Assembly (NCBI RefSeq): GCF_001412615.1
Contig: NZ_CP013011.1
Coordinates: forward strand, 1,950,001 to 1,982,000
Length of the DNA stretch: 32,000 nt
Origin: Pyrodictium delaneyi
Lineage (GTDB): Archaea > Thermoproteota > Thermoprotei_A > Sulfolobales > Pyrodictiaceae
Reading direction: 5' to 3'
Below the pieces are notes generated by a model. It was not told where the DNA came from. It saw nothing but the letters and a program-made list of their open reading frames with translations, and did not search any database. Both the position numbers and the translations under genes were made by a program. The first letter of the stretch is position 1, and every line of letters begins with the position of its first letter. Below are positions 1-7,899 of this stretch, in pieces.

Positions 1-723
1 CCACTCTAGTTTGCGGAGCTGTACGCGGCCTATTGCTGCTGCTATGCTTGTCATCCTTAGGTTGTAGCCTAGCTCGGTGTGGAGGTATTTCTCTGCCTGG
101 CCGTGGTTCCGGAGGAGTCGTATCCTCTCGGCTATCTTCTTGTCGCTGGTTGTCACCATGCCTCCTTCGCCGGTGGTCATGTTCTTGGTTGGATAGAAGC
201 TGAACGCTGCTACGTCTCCTAGTGAGCCTACCTTCTTCCCCATGTATTCTGCTCCATGGGCTTGTGCAGCGTCTTCTATGAGTATTAGGTTGTGATCCTC
301 TGCTATCTCGCGTAGGGGCTTCATGTCGGCTGGGTGGCCGTAGAGGTGGACTGCTATTATTGCCCGGGTCCGGGGCGTTATGAGTTCCAGGACCTTGTCT
401 GGGTCTAGGTTGTAGGTCTCTGGGTCTATGTCGGCGAAGACTGGTCGGGCTCCCTGGTAGAGTATGGCGTTAGCAGTGGCTATGAAGGTGAATGGGGTGG
501 TTATGACCTCGTCTCCATGGCGGATACGATAGGCCTTCAGTATGAGGTCTAGCGCTGCGGTGCCACTGGAGACTGCTACTGCGTAGTCTACACCTATGTA
601 CTCGGCGAATTCGCGCTCGAATGCCTCCACTTCGGGGCCGTGGGCTAGTATGCCGGATCGTAGAACGCGAGCTACAGCCTCTATCTCCTCGTCGTCCACT
701 ATGGGACGGGCTATCGGGATCAA
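1..723 (-). CDS. DegT/DnrJ/EryC1/StrS-family PLP-dependent aminotransferase, 5-prime part only (gene runs off the window start)
   Basis: Absent from the ORF track because it has no stop in the window. Own reverse-strand translation: (M)IPIARPIVDDEEIEAVARVLRSGILAHGPEVEAFEREFAEYIGVDYAVAVSSGTAALDLILKA...IIAVHLYGHPADM...DVAAFSFYPTKNMTTGEGGMVTT...RLLRNHGQ. This shows the family-typical N-terminus and the SFxxxK lysine motif. Start set at TTG 723 (MIPxxxP start is typical; tatata at 795-800 lies upstream). The in-frame ATG at 786 is the alternative. Confidence 0.8.
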   Translation of the reverse strand, partial: MIPIARPIVDDEEIEAVARVLRSGILAHGPEVEAFEREFAEYIGVDYAVAVSSGTAALDLILKAYRIRHGDEVITTPFTFIATANAILYQGARPVFADIDPETYNLDPDKVLELITPRTRAIIAVHLYGHPADMKPLREIAEDHNLILIEDAAQAHGAEYMGKKVGSLGDVAAFSFYPTKNMTTGEGGMVTTSDKKIAERIRLLRNHGQAEKYLHTELGYNLRMTSIAAAIGRVQLRKLEW

Positions 724-1043
724 GACTGAGGCCCCGCTTGTTTCCAGTGTTTCTAAAGGAGCTTCCCTAGGGCAACTATCTAGCATCTTCCTCGTATATA
801 CGCGTGCCTGCATGAAATCGTGTAGATTGTTAACCGGCTTCCGGAGTGCTACACCCTTACCCCGAGGACCGTATGCTGGTCTTTGTCCCTGGCAGTACCC
901 GCCAGGAAGAAGAGTATCATATATGGTATGATGCTTGGTATCTGTAACTATTACATGATGGTGCTGGGTTGTGCTAGACGCGCGCTTAGAGGGTTGTGAA
1001 CCGGGCAGGGATCCATTAAGCTTCAGATGTTAGTAAAGTATAG

Positions 1044-1439
1044 TCACTCTGTCGGGTTGTTGAAGTATTCCTCTAGTTCCTGTTCTTCTCGTTCTAGCTG
1101 GTCGAGGTTCTCTGGTATCCGTTTGATTCTGAAGACTCCTATCCGGTAGTCGTAGAACTCGCTGGGCTCCGGAGGCTCTATCACAGCTACTAGCTCAGCC
1201 TCGGCACCTAGGTCTTCGAGTGTGTAGCGTAGGTCGTCTACCCAGTCGTTTATCCCGCACGTAGCGCAGAAGCTTCCCTCAAAGACTACGTAGGCTCGGT
1301 CTCCCTGTATCTTTAGCAGCCGGGCGCGGGACTCGGCGCCGCGGTAGCGGTTGTAGCGGCGTATCGCTAGCTCCATGAGCCGGCGTAGCCGCTGCTCGTA
1401 GTTGGGGTCCCGTTTAACGGCCAGTATACCCTGCTCCAT
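1044..1439 (-). CDS. hypothetical protein (~131 aa) with a single CxxC
   Basis: ORF 1044..1472. Start moved to ATG 1439 (MEQGILAV...) because an A/T box (1476-1486) sits directly next to the upstream GTG. Segment AYVVFEGSFCATCGINDWVDDLRYTLEDL weakly recalls NifU-C/thioredoxin-like CxxC modules. Acidic C-terminus. No family recognised with certainty. Confidence 0.55.
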   Translation of the reverse strand: MEQGILAVKRDPNYEQRLRRLMELAIRRYNRYRGAESRARLLKIQGDRAYVVFEGSFCATCGINDWVDDLRYTLEDLGAEAELVAVIEPPEPSEFYDYRIGVFRIKRIPENLDQLEREEQELEEYFNNPTE

Positions 1440-1475
1440 GAAGCGTCGCCCGGGACAAGCCAGCCTTAACACATG

Positions 1476-1486
1476 TTAATAAAAAG
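1476..1486 (-). promoter_or_regulatory. TATA-like box for the 1044..1439 gene
   Basis: Reverse strand reads ctttttattaa about 40 nt upstream of ATG 1439, a usual archaeal TATA-to-start distance for short leaders. Confidence 0.35.
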
Positions 1487-1543
1487 TGCGTATTGCGCTA
1501 GGGCTCTGGCATGTTGTAGCCGGGCTCTTGCGGGTTTAGCGTG

Positions 1544-1549
1544 ATATAA
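1544..1549 (+). promoter_or_regulatory. TATA-like box for the 1584..1883 gene
   Basis: atataa lies about 38 nt upstream of ATG 1584, with gaggga between box and start. It forms a divergent promoter pair with the 1476-1486 box. Confidence 0.35.
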
Positions 1550-1583
1550 GGCTGCACTGCTAGTCTCACTAGAGGGATAGGCC

Positions 1584-1883
1584 ATGGTTGAGCTAAAAGT
1601 CGAGCTACTCGGCTCGGAGAAGACAGAGGAAGGACTCTACGCGGCGAGGCTGGAGATAGAGTACGAGGGGCGCCAGTACCAGCTAAAGGTGCCCCGGCTA
1701 GTACGTGAGCCGGCTAGACTAAATTTCCGGCTCAAGGGCGACTATCTCCTAGTCGAGCTCTTCGATCGCGAGGATAAGCCCCTAGCAACCTGCTGCATCC
1801 ACAAGGGGCATCTTGAAGAAGGCTGCCTGGACTGCCCATCGCTCATACCGCCCCCGCACAGGGAGGGCTCGAGCTGTAAATAG
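1584..1883 (+). CDS. hypothetical protein (99 aa), Cys-rich C-terminus
   Basis: ATG-started ORF with plausible promoter spacing. Beta-rich looking N-terminal part (VELKVELLG...YQLKVPRL...YLLVELF). C-terminal CCIHKGHLEEGCLDC cluster. No family recognised. Confidence 0.5.
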   Translation: MVELKVELLGSEKTEEGLYAARLEIEYEGRQYQLKVPRLVREPARLNFRLKGDYLLVELFDREDKPLATCCIHKGHLEEGCLDCPSLIPPPHREGSSCK

Positions 1884-1937
1884 CCGGAAAGGAACTATTG
1901 CATAATCTGGAGCCGCCCCGGAGAGCACATAGTTTAT

Positions 1938-2313
1938 CCTCTCCAGTATCCTAGCGATAATAGATGGAGGGCCGTGGGGCTCCCCCGGCCCCGCCCCGCC
2001 GACTGGGCCGCGTGCCGGCCCGCTGGCTCTTCGCTGGAGGAGGCGGGGACCGGCAAGGCCGGTATACCCATCCTAATATCCTCTATTCATAGCCTCTCCA
2101 GAACGCTTCAGCATAGAGTTCTCCGATCTACAACATGCTCCGGGTGACGTCGGGCGGTCGCCAGGGTCGCCAGAAGATTGAGAAAACGAGAGGTTTGCTA
2201 AGGTTAGGTATCTCACGTGGCCAGAGAGGGCTCCGCGAATAGTTGTTGAGCCCCGAAGGAGTAGCTGAAGGTATTGTTTAGGCACCTACATGCCCTGAGG
2301 ATACTGGAGGAGG
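1938..2313. other. ORF-free structured region: GC-rich hairpin cluster plus a long-range 12-bp helix that includes the tmcA ribosome-binding site (candidate ncRNA or structured 5-prime leader)
   Basis: 1941-1952 (ctccagtatcct) is the exact reverse complement of 2298-2309 (aggatactggag). Hairpins gggccg/cggccc occur at 1969-1974/1986-1991 and 2005-2010/2016-2021. A stem forms between ccccgcc 1994-2000 and ggcgggg 2042-2048. Hairpin accgg/ccggt lies at 2049-2063. Direct repeats: ctggaggaggc (2034-2044, 2304-2314) and cctctccag (1938-1946, 2093-2101). The only long ORF here (2073..2285, minus) looks non-protein-like. Confidence 0.35.
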
Positions 2314-2316
2314 CTA

Positions 2317-4464
2317 GTGAGGGCAGTGGAGCCGACGCTGAGGGAACGGCTACTAAGCTACGCCAGGGCCATAGGAGAGTCTAGGTACCGGGGGCTCCTC
2401 GTTGCCCATTCTGCCAGCCCGGGTAAGGCCGCCAGGGAGATCATAGAGCTGCTCAGCGGGCACGGGCATAGAGGCTGCATCGCAGCTGCGCCTCGCCGGC
2501 TGCTGCCGAGCTGTCCCCCGGGCTGCCGCTGTATCTCGCCTGGCGGCTTCCAGCGTGTGCTAGGACAGGAAGCTCAGCTAGTAGTGATTGCTACTGATGG
2601 ACTTTTACGCCCCAACCTCGTAGCTGGTCTCGCTGGCGTTGTGTCCGCTGGCGGGCTACTTGCCATAGTAACGCCTCCCCTAGATCAGTGGAATCCGGGC
2701 CCCGCCGGCGGAGCAGGTGGCTATCGCCGCTACTTGCTCGGGGCTCTACGTCGTGCCCCGGTCATATTCTGGGCAGACATAGACTTGGGCAAGGTGTATG
2801 CCGAGCGGAGACCCCGCGAGAGGGCCAGAGAGTGGAGGCTCGGCGCCAAGGACTACAAGCCTCGCCATGCTGTGCCCCGAGTGCTGCTAGGCCTAGCCGC
2901 GACCCGGAGCCAGGCCCAGGCGCTTGACGAGTTTGCCAGCTTCCTCTCGAGCAGGTCACGGAGCTTCCTGTTGACAGGAGACCGTGGTCGTGGGAAGAGC
3001 TTCCTACTAGGCCTGGCAGCCGCGCTAGCTGTTAAGCGGGGTTCTATAGGCGAGGCCGTAGCGGTCGCGCCGAGTCCTGCGAGCCTTACGAGCTTCTTCC
3101 AAGGCTTGGTTCGAGGACTGGACGCCCTCAGTATAGGTTACCGTGTTAAGCAGCGAGGCGGAGACATCGTAGCCGTGACCGGGCCATGGTTTCGTATAGC
3201 TTACCAGCCCATGGATTCCGCGAAGCCCGCTGCAGTGCTCGTAGTCGATGAGGCTGGCACAGTGGGCGTGTCGAGGCTCCGAAGGCTATCCTGGAGGAGC
3301 GGCCGAATACTCGTAGCCACCACGATCCACGGTTACGAGGGGAGCGGCCGCGTCTTCGTCCACATGGTCGAGGAGGTGTTGCCCAGGCCTCTGAAGAGGC
3401 TAGAACTCGAGGAGCCGATACGTTACCCGCCTGGCGACCCCCTCGAAGAATGGGTAAACGAGACATTTATGCTCAAGTTTGACCCGGGGAGTCTCAGCCT
3501 CTTTGGAGAACCCGGCTACGAACAAATCCCAGCCGAGAAGCTTGCCTCAGACCATGCGCTCCTCCGGCAGGTCTACAGTCTCCTAGCGCTCGCACATTAC
3601 CGCAGCGAGCCTGACTATCTCCTCGTCCTCCTAGAGTCAAATACACATACACTTCACGTGCTACACAGCGATAACAAAGTAATAGCAGTAGCCGACGTTG
3701 GACTAGAGGACTGGGAACAACCGGAAGAGGGGAGAGTAGGACTTCTACTCCTCTCACTCCATACCGAAGGGGCGAAGAGGCTCCGGGCAGCACGCATAGT
3801 CCGGATAGCTGTGCACCCCAAGCTACAGCGCCGCGGGCTAGGCTCCAAGCTGCTAAGCTACGTGGAGGAGTGGGCTAGAGGCCGCGGAGTAGACCTAGTT
3901 ATGGCTGTATTTGGGAGACATGATGTAATCGAGTTTTGGCTCCGAGCAGGTTATACACCGTTCTACGTGAGTCCACGATTCAACAAGTATACCGGGGAGA
4001 AGAACATCGGCGTCGCGAAGCCCTTCACCGGGGCCGGGAAGGAAGCCCTGGAGGAGGCTGCACGGGAGCTGCGTCTCCGCCTCCTCTTCTCCGCGCATAG
4101 CGTCTACCGAGACCTAGCAACCGAGAAAATAGTCATGTTGCTACAGAGTCTCCCCAGCGTAGATCCTCCGGTCAGTCTCACACCTGGCCAGAGGAGGAGA
4201 CTCTGCAAGCACATCCAAGGCTTCATCGAGGCCGAGCAAGCATTCGACGCACTCCACATAGCAACGATCATAGTCCTCTCCCGTCGAGACTACGTAGATA
4301 AGCTAAACGATCGTCAGCTTTTGCTCGCCACGGCCAGGCTTCTGCAGGGAAAACCGCCTCACGAGGCCGCCGAAATAGCTGGTATACCGCTCGAGAATCT
4401 AGACGAAGAGCTCCATGACTTAGCGGAGTCCGTAGCAACTATGGCTAGTATCAAGTGTAGTTAG
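2317..4464 (+). CDS. tmcA: tRNA/RNA cytidine N4-acetyltransferase, TmcA/Nat10 family
   Basis: 715-aa ORF with GTG start preceded by ggaggagg (2306-2313). RecD-like helicase module with Walker A LLTGDRGRGKSFLLG and Walker B VLVVDEAG. GNAT acetyl-CoA motif RIAVHPKLQRRGLGSKLL. Helical C-terminal tRNA-binding-like region. The architecture matches TmcA/Nat10. Confidence 0.9.
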   Translation: MRAVEPTLRERLLSYARAIGESRYRGLLVAHSASPGKAAREIIELLSGHGHRGCIAAAPRRLLPSCPPGCRCISPGGFQRVLGQEAQLVVIATDGLLRPNLVAGLAGVVSAGGLLAIVTPPLDQWNPGPAGGAGGYRRYLLGALRRAPVIFWADIDLGKVYAERRPRERAREWRLGAKDYKPRHAVPRVLLGLAATRSQAQALDEFASFLSSRSRSFLLTGDRGRGKSFLLGLAAALAVKRGSIGEAVAVAPSPASLTSFFQGLVRGLDALSIGYRVKQRGGDIVAVTGPWFRIAYQPMDSAKPAAVLVVDEAGTVGVSRLRRLSWRSGRILVATTIHGYEGSGRVFVHMVEEVLPRPLKRLELEEPIRYPPGDPLEEWVNETFMLKFDPGSLSLFGEPGYEQIPAEKLASDHALLRQVYSLLALAHYRSEPDYLLVLLESNTHTLHVLHSDNKVIAVADVGLEDWEQPEEGRVGLLLLSLHTEGAKRLRAARIVRIAVHPKLQRRGLGSKLLSYVEEWARGRGVDLVMAVFGRHDVIEFWLRAGYTPFYVSPRFNKYTGEKNIGVAKPFTGAGKEALEEAARELRLRLLFSAHSVYRDLATEKIVMLLQSLPSVDPPVSLTPGQRRRLCKHIQGFIEAEQAFDALHIATIIVLSRRDYVDKLNDRQLLLATARLLQGKPPHEAAEIAGIPLENLDEELHDLAESVATMASIKCS

Positions 4465-4530
4465 CACTACACCGGGAGAGGGGATATATGAGGTTATCAT
4501 AATACTTACTTAGCGGCATGGACAAGAGGG

Positions 4531-5551
4531 GTGTCTAGCCACGAAAAACCACATAACGAGGATAGCGCTGCGCGACTTCAAGGGGATAAGGAAGGGTGTA
4601 GTAGAACTAGCACCTTTAACACTACTCTCCGGCAGATGTGGGAGTGGGAAAACCAGCATCCTAGAAGCCATTATGCTCAGCCATGGATTCCGGGAAATGC
4701 TCCCAGGACTGACTGTACAAGATATACTCTCGAAACTACGTCAGGGCTTAAGTAGTCGTGGTCTCGACCATCTAATTTACGGCTATGGAGCCGCTGATGC
4801 TGTACAAGCACGTATCGCGTTCTGGCGCGGCAAGAAACTGGCGTACCTCGTAACGGTAACTAGCGAGGGCAACAAGCTAGTGATCAGAGCAGCCGAGCCG
4901 GGCATAGACAATGCTAATCCCGAAGACGTACTAGACATTACTCCGGAGAGACTACAATTATCCTATCATACAAGGATAGTCGCTGTTGTTGAAAGATATA
5001 CCGGCAGAGTTAAGAGCGAAGGATTCCGCGGATTCATTGATGCCGTGTATATACACCCGAGATTCATCGAGTACATGATGAGATATGCCTACGATAACTG
5101 GATATCGCTTGTAAACTCCGGGATCACAGCCACAGTGGCCAAATGGACAAGCAGGATAATCGGTAATGGCCGATACATAGACATGACCGCTGAACCTTTC
5201 GGTGCTGGAACCGAATCGATATACTTATATTCGGACAAAGGCGTAAGAGTGCGGCTTAGCGATATGGGTGAATGTACTGCCACTCTAGCAGCTGCAAGGC
5301 TAGCAATAGATCATCGAAAACCAGACATAATCCTTATAGACGGTCTCGACACTATGGCTCCTCCAGAACTATACCCGGCGTTAATAGAATGGTTTACGCG
5401 CCTAACAGAGAAAGGCATACAAGTAGTAGCCACTCTCCAGGATCCCAGCCACGCGCAGCAATTAAGAAGAGCTGCAGAACGGGACGGCATCAATACCATA
5501 GCTTACAAATTATCCCTCAGCGGTGGCCAACTCATACTTAGTCAAATTTAG
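4531..5551 (+). CDS. SMC/RecF/ABC-type (AAA_15/21-like) ATPase with unresolved 5-prime end: apparent frameshift or non-canonical start
   Basis: Track ORF 4673..5551 is open in the same frame back to TAG 4511-4513. There it encodes HITRIALRDFKGIRKGVVELAPLTLLSGRCGSGKTSILEAI (canonical N-terminal strand plus Walker A, nt 4550-4672) with no ATG/GTG/TTG. GTG 4531 and ATG 4518 are in the other two frames. C-terminal part has an ABC-signature-like RLSDMGE and a Walker-B-like DIILIDGLD (Gly where the catalytic Glu is expected). Confidence 0.7.
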
Positions 5552-5802
5552 TCTAATTCCTCTTGCCGGTGAGGATGCACCTCCACACCCCGGCTCGGAG
5601 CCCCCTCAGGCTCGACAAGTAGGGGGCTATGGCGAGAGGGCAAGGTGCCGAGGTCCCCTCATACAAATCTGTTACAACCATTACAGCTGCAAAGACGAGT
5701 AAAACGTACGGTCGATAACTCACCTTGACTAGCAGAGCCTCGTACTGTAGGGATTTACTTTTATCCTCCGGTAGCTGGTGATGTAGCTATAGGGACCCTA
5801 GG

Positions 5803-6678
5803 ATGGTTAAGAAAAGCTGTGACTTCACCCATGCTATCGTAGGTCTAGATCTCTCGAAAGTCTCGGATCTCTTCGTTTCATGGCTACCCTATCTGCAAAG
5901 AGTCGGTACACGAACCCTAACATTAGTACATGTCATACCCATCGATGTTCTCGAGCACGTTGCGAGCGGTTATCCAGTAGACAAGCTAGAAGAAGAGTTG
6001 AGGCAAGAAGCTCTGCGTAAGCTGGACGTATACGCTACTGAATTGAGGAGCAAAGGGTTTGAAGTAGAGGTCATAAGACCAAGGGCTGGCGATCCAGCAA
6101 TAGTAATAGCAGAGATAGCTAGGAAAACCAACGCCGACTACATAGTAACCGCGTCAAGAGGGCGAGGATGGCTACGCCGGATACTACTTGGGAGCACCTC
6201 AGAGGAACTTGTACACGTAGCTGATAGACCCGTATTCGTGTCAAAGCCCTACAAGAAGATTGAAGGAGATAAGGCTGAACTCCAGATTCCAGGCGATCCA
6301 TTCCGAGGACCCATAGTCGCCGCTATCGACTTTGACTCCTACATTGAACTTATACTCTGTCGGGCACGTGAAATAGCCCGCAGGACCGGCGTAGAAATAG
6401 TGCTTCTACATGTGCTAGAAGAAGGCGAGGATAAAGCTGAGATAGAGAGACGCCTTGCTAAGATCAAAACTAGTCTCGAAACTGACGGCATAAAAGCAAG
6501 CTATATAGTTGCTACAGGAAAACCAGGTAACACCATTGTCAAGGAAGCAGAGAACCTTAACGCGTCACTCATACTTATAGGACCACATAGTAGGAGTGAA
6601 GGTATCCTCGAGATAATAGGCACAACGACAGAACTCGTCCTTCGCCATGCCAGAACCCATGTACTAATATGCAAGTAG
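5803..6678 (+). CDS. universal stress protein, tandem UspA domains
   Basis: Two repeats of the Usp fold pattern: HAIVGLDLS...ADYIVTASRGRGWLRRILLGSTSEELVHVADRPVFV and PIVAAIDFD...ASLILIGPHSRSEGILEIIGTTTELVLRHARTHVLIC. cttttatc box about 40 nt upstream. Confidence 0.85.
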   Translation: MVKKSCDFTHAIVGLDLSKVSDLFVSWLPYLQRVGTRTLTLVHVIPIDVLEHVASGYPVDKLEEELRQEALRKLDVYATELRSKGFEVEVIRPRAGDPAIVIAEIARKTNADYIVTASRGRGWLRRILLGSTSEELVHVADRPVFVSKPYKKIEGDKAELQIPGDPFRGPIVAAIDFDSYIELILCRAREIARRTGVEIVLLHVLEEGEDKAEIERRLAKIKTSLETDGIKASYIVATGKPGNTIVKEAENLNASLILIGPHSRSEGILEIIGTTTELVLRHARTHVLICK

Positions 6679-7242
6679 GAATTTCTCAGACAACACTACG
6701 CCTCTCTGTGCTAATTTTATCCCACAGATTCTACAATATTTTGCAGCCTTCTCATCAACTTCTATCACACTGTTACTAAAACTCATGACGCACGCCCGTT
6801 CTAAGCAATGTCCGAGGCCGAAAGCATGACCCAGCTCATGGAGTGCCTCCTTTAGAAGTCTCTCGCGATAAAGCAAGGGGTCAGGACTCATATTGTAGAA
6901 TTCTGGCCTTAATCGACGCGTATAGACTGCTGCTACACCGCCACCCAGGATTGCCTGTCCAAACACAAAATTAAGGCCCGGACTATATGCGTCAATATCA
7001 GCTACGAGTAGGACAGCATCGACTCCACTTAATTTCTTGAGTTTGACAACTTCTTCTAGCACAACCTCGCTAAGGTACTGTCTACGACCAGTATTGTATG
7101 CCTTCTTTGGCGGGTCTAGTCTCCTATCATAGACTTCTACTAGAACATTAGTGTAAGCTATAGAAAGTGTCTTAGCAAGCCAACTTATGTTGAGTTGAGG
7201 TTCATCCCCCATTACTGCTAGTAATAATTTTATCGTCGCCAC
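6664..7242 (-). CDS. amzA: archaemetzincin (peptidase M54 family zinc metalloprotease)
   Basis: HELGHAFGLGHC (HExxHxxGxxH plus Cys) followed by CVMSF...CRICG, the second Cys4-type zinc site typical of archaemetzincins. GTG start. The 3-prime end overlaps the USP gene by 15 nt. Confidence 0.88.
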   Translation of the reverse strand: MATIKLLLAVMGDEPQLNISWLAKTLSIAYTNVLVEVYDRRLDPPKKAYNTGRRQYLSEVVLEEVVKLKKLSGVDAVLLVADIDAYSPGLNFVFGQAILGGGVAAVYTRRLRPEFYNMSPDPLLYRERLLKEALHELGHAFGLGHCLERACVMSFSNSVIEVDEKAAKYCRICGIKLAQRGVVLSEKFLLAY

Positions 7243-7263
7243 GCAGAGTCCCGGCTTGGTTAT

Positions 7264-7695
7264 CTAGCCTCTTTCCCTTTCATTACCTTTTCCAAATCCT
7301 TTTCCCAAATGATGCTTGGCTTCCTTGATTCTATTAAGACCGATAAGAGCTACTTTGCCTTCCCGAGTAAGAGGTTCTTCTACGTTACGGTACCTTGTAT
7401 AGAAGACGTAGTAGCTAACTACTGTGGTCAATAATGTAAGTAGTGCTGATAACATTGTCAACGATATATTATCCCTTATTACTCCGCTCAGTACCGATAT
7501 ACTGCTAGCTAATGTTTTTCCTGCTGCAAATGCAACAAGATTAGTTACTAGTGCAAAGAAGATTGACATATAGGCTAGAAGCCCCAGACCAGGTAGCCTC
7601 TTACCATATTTCCGCGCTAGCTCTATATCATGAATTCTACGCGCAAAGTTACGGCCAGCATTAATTGAGAGTATGGCACCAAACATCAAACCCAT
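7264..7695 (-). CDS. hypothetical membrane protein (143 aa)
   Basis: Hydrophobic segments GLMFGAILSI, LGLLAYMSIFFALVTNLVAFAAG and LTMLSALLTLLTTVVSYYVFY, with a basic C-terminal tail. No family recognised. Confidence 0.5.
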   Translation of the reverse strand: MGLMFGAILSINAGRNFARRIHDIELARKYGKRLPGLGLLAYMSIFFALVTNLVAFAAGKTLASSISVLSGVIRDNISLTMLSALLTLLTTVVSYYVFYTRYRNVEEPLTREGKVALIGLNRIKEAKHHLGKGFGKGNERERG

Positions 7696-7794
7696 AATAG
7701 ATATGTATCCTAACGTGTCCTGTAGAGTACCGTATATGCCTAATAGTCCCGATATGGGTAAATCCGTAGTACATCCCCCGTATCAACTACTTCA

Positions 7795-7899
7795 TCAACT
7801 ATGTCCAATCTCTGTAACCCAAACAGCATAGTGAAGGTAGAGAGCCAACACGAAGAATATTATACCTGCAATAGCTGCAACTAGTTGTCGCCGTGTCAT
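7795..7899 (-). CDS. possible small membrane peptide (34 aa) or remnant of a longer membrane gene
   Basis: Own translation: MTRRQLVAAIAGIIFFVLALYLHYAVWVTEIGHS. gaggg lies about 10 nt upstream of the ATG. Below the track length cutoff. Confidence 0.25.
   Translation of the reverse strand: MTRRQLVAAIAGIIFFVLALYLHYAVWVTEIGHS

Noticed and set aside
596-931. 111-aa plus-strand ORF
   Set aside because: It lies mostly antisense to the clearly recognisable DegT-family gene (1..723, minus). It has Ser/Arg/Ala-rich low-complexity composition typical of antisense frames in GC-rich coding DNA.
926-975. Possible C/D box sRNA (two ATGATG motifs at 928-933 and 955-960)
   Set aside because: No proper CUGA D or D-prime boxes are present (ctgt and ctag instead). 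The C to D-prime spacing is only about 7 nt, too short for a guide.
2073-2285. 70-aa minus-strand ORF inside the tmcA upstream region
   Set aside because: No family resemblance, odd composition and no promoter or SD context. The region is better explained as non-coding structured sequence.
1884-2316. Tried to identify the region as SRP (7S) RNA or RNase P RNA
   Set aside because: Partial resemblances exist (GACGUCGGGCGGU-like stretch; GAGCCCCGAAGGAGUAGC versus the helix-8 GGAA...AGCA motif). However, the universally conserved AGCA is not intact. No GGAAAGUCC (RNase P CR-I) occurs on either strand. The central 2070-2140 part is too A/U-rich for a hyperthermophile structural RNA. The identity is left open.
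2688-4098. Multiple 60-106-aa ORFs on both strands inside tmcA
   Set aside because: All are nested within or antisense to the 715-aa TmcA ORF. They are Arg/Ser/Pro/Ala-rich, which makes them shadow ORFs of a GC-rich gene.
4531-4755. 74-aa ORF (MSSHEKPHNEDSAARLQ...) as an independent gene
   Set aside because: Its frame is the out-of-frame reading across the ATPase N-terminus. Only its first few codons are plausibly used, as the start of the ATPase before a frameshift.
5565-5628. Hairpins downstream of the ATPase gene (agccccct/agggggct, 5599-5606/5621-5628)
   Set aside because: Only an 8-bp stem with a 14-nt loop, and a second, imperfect one. That is within what GC-rich spacer can give by chance. 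Archaeal termination relies mainly on T-tracts rather than hairpins.
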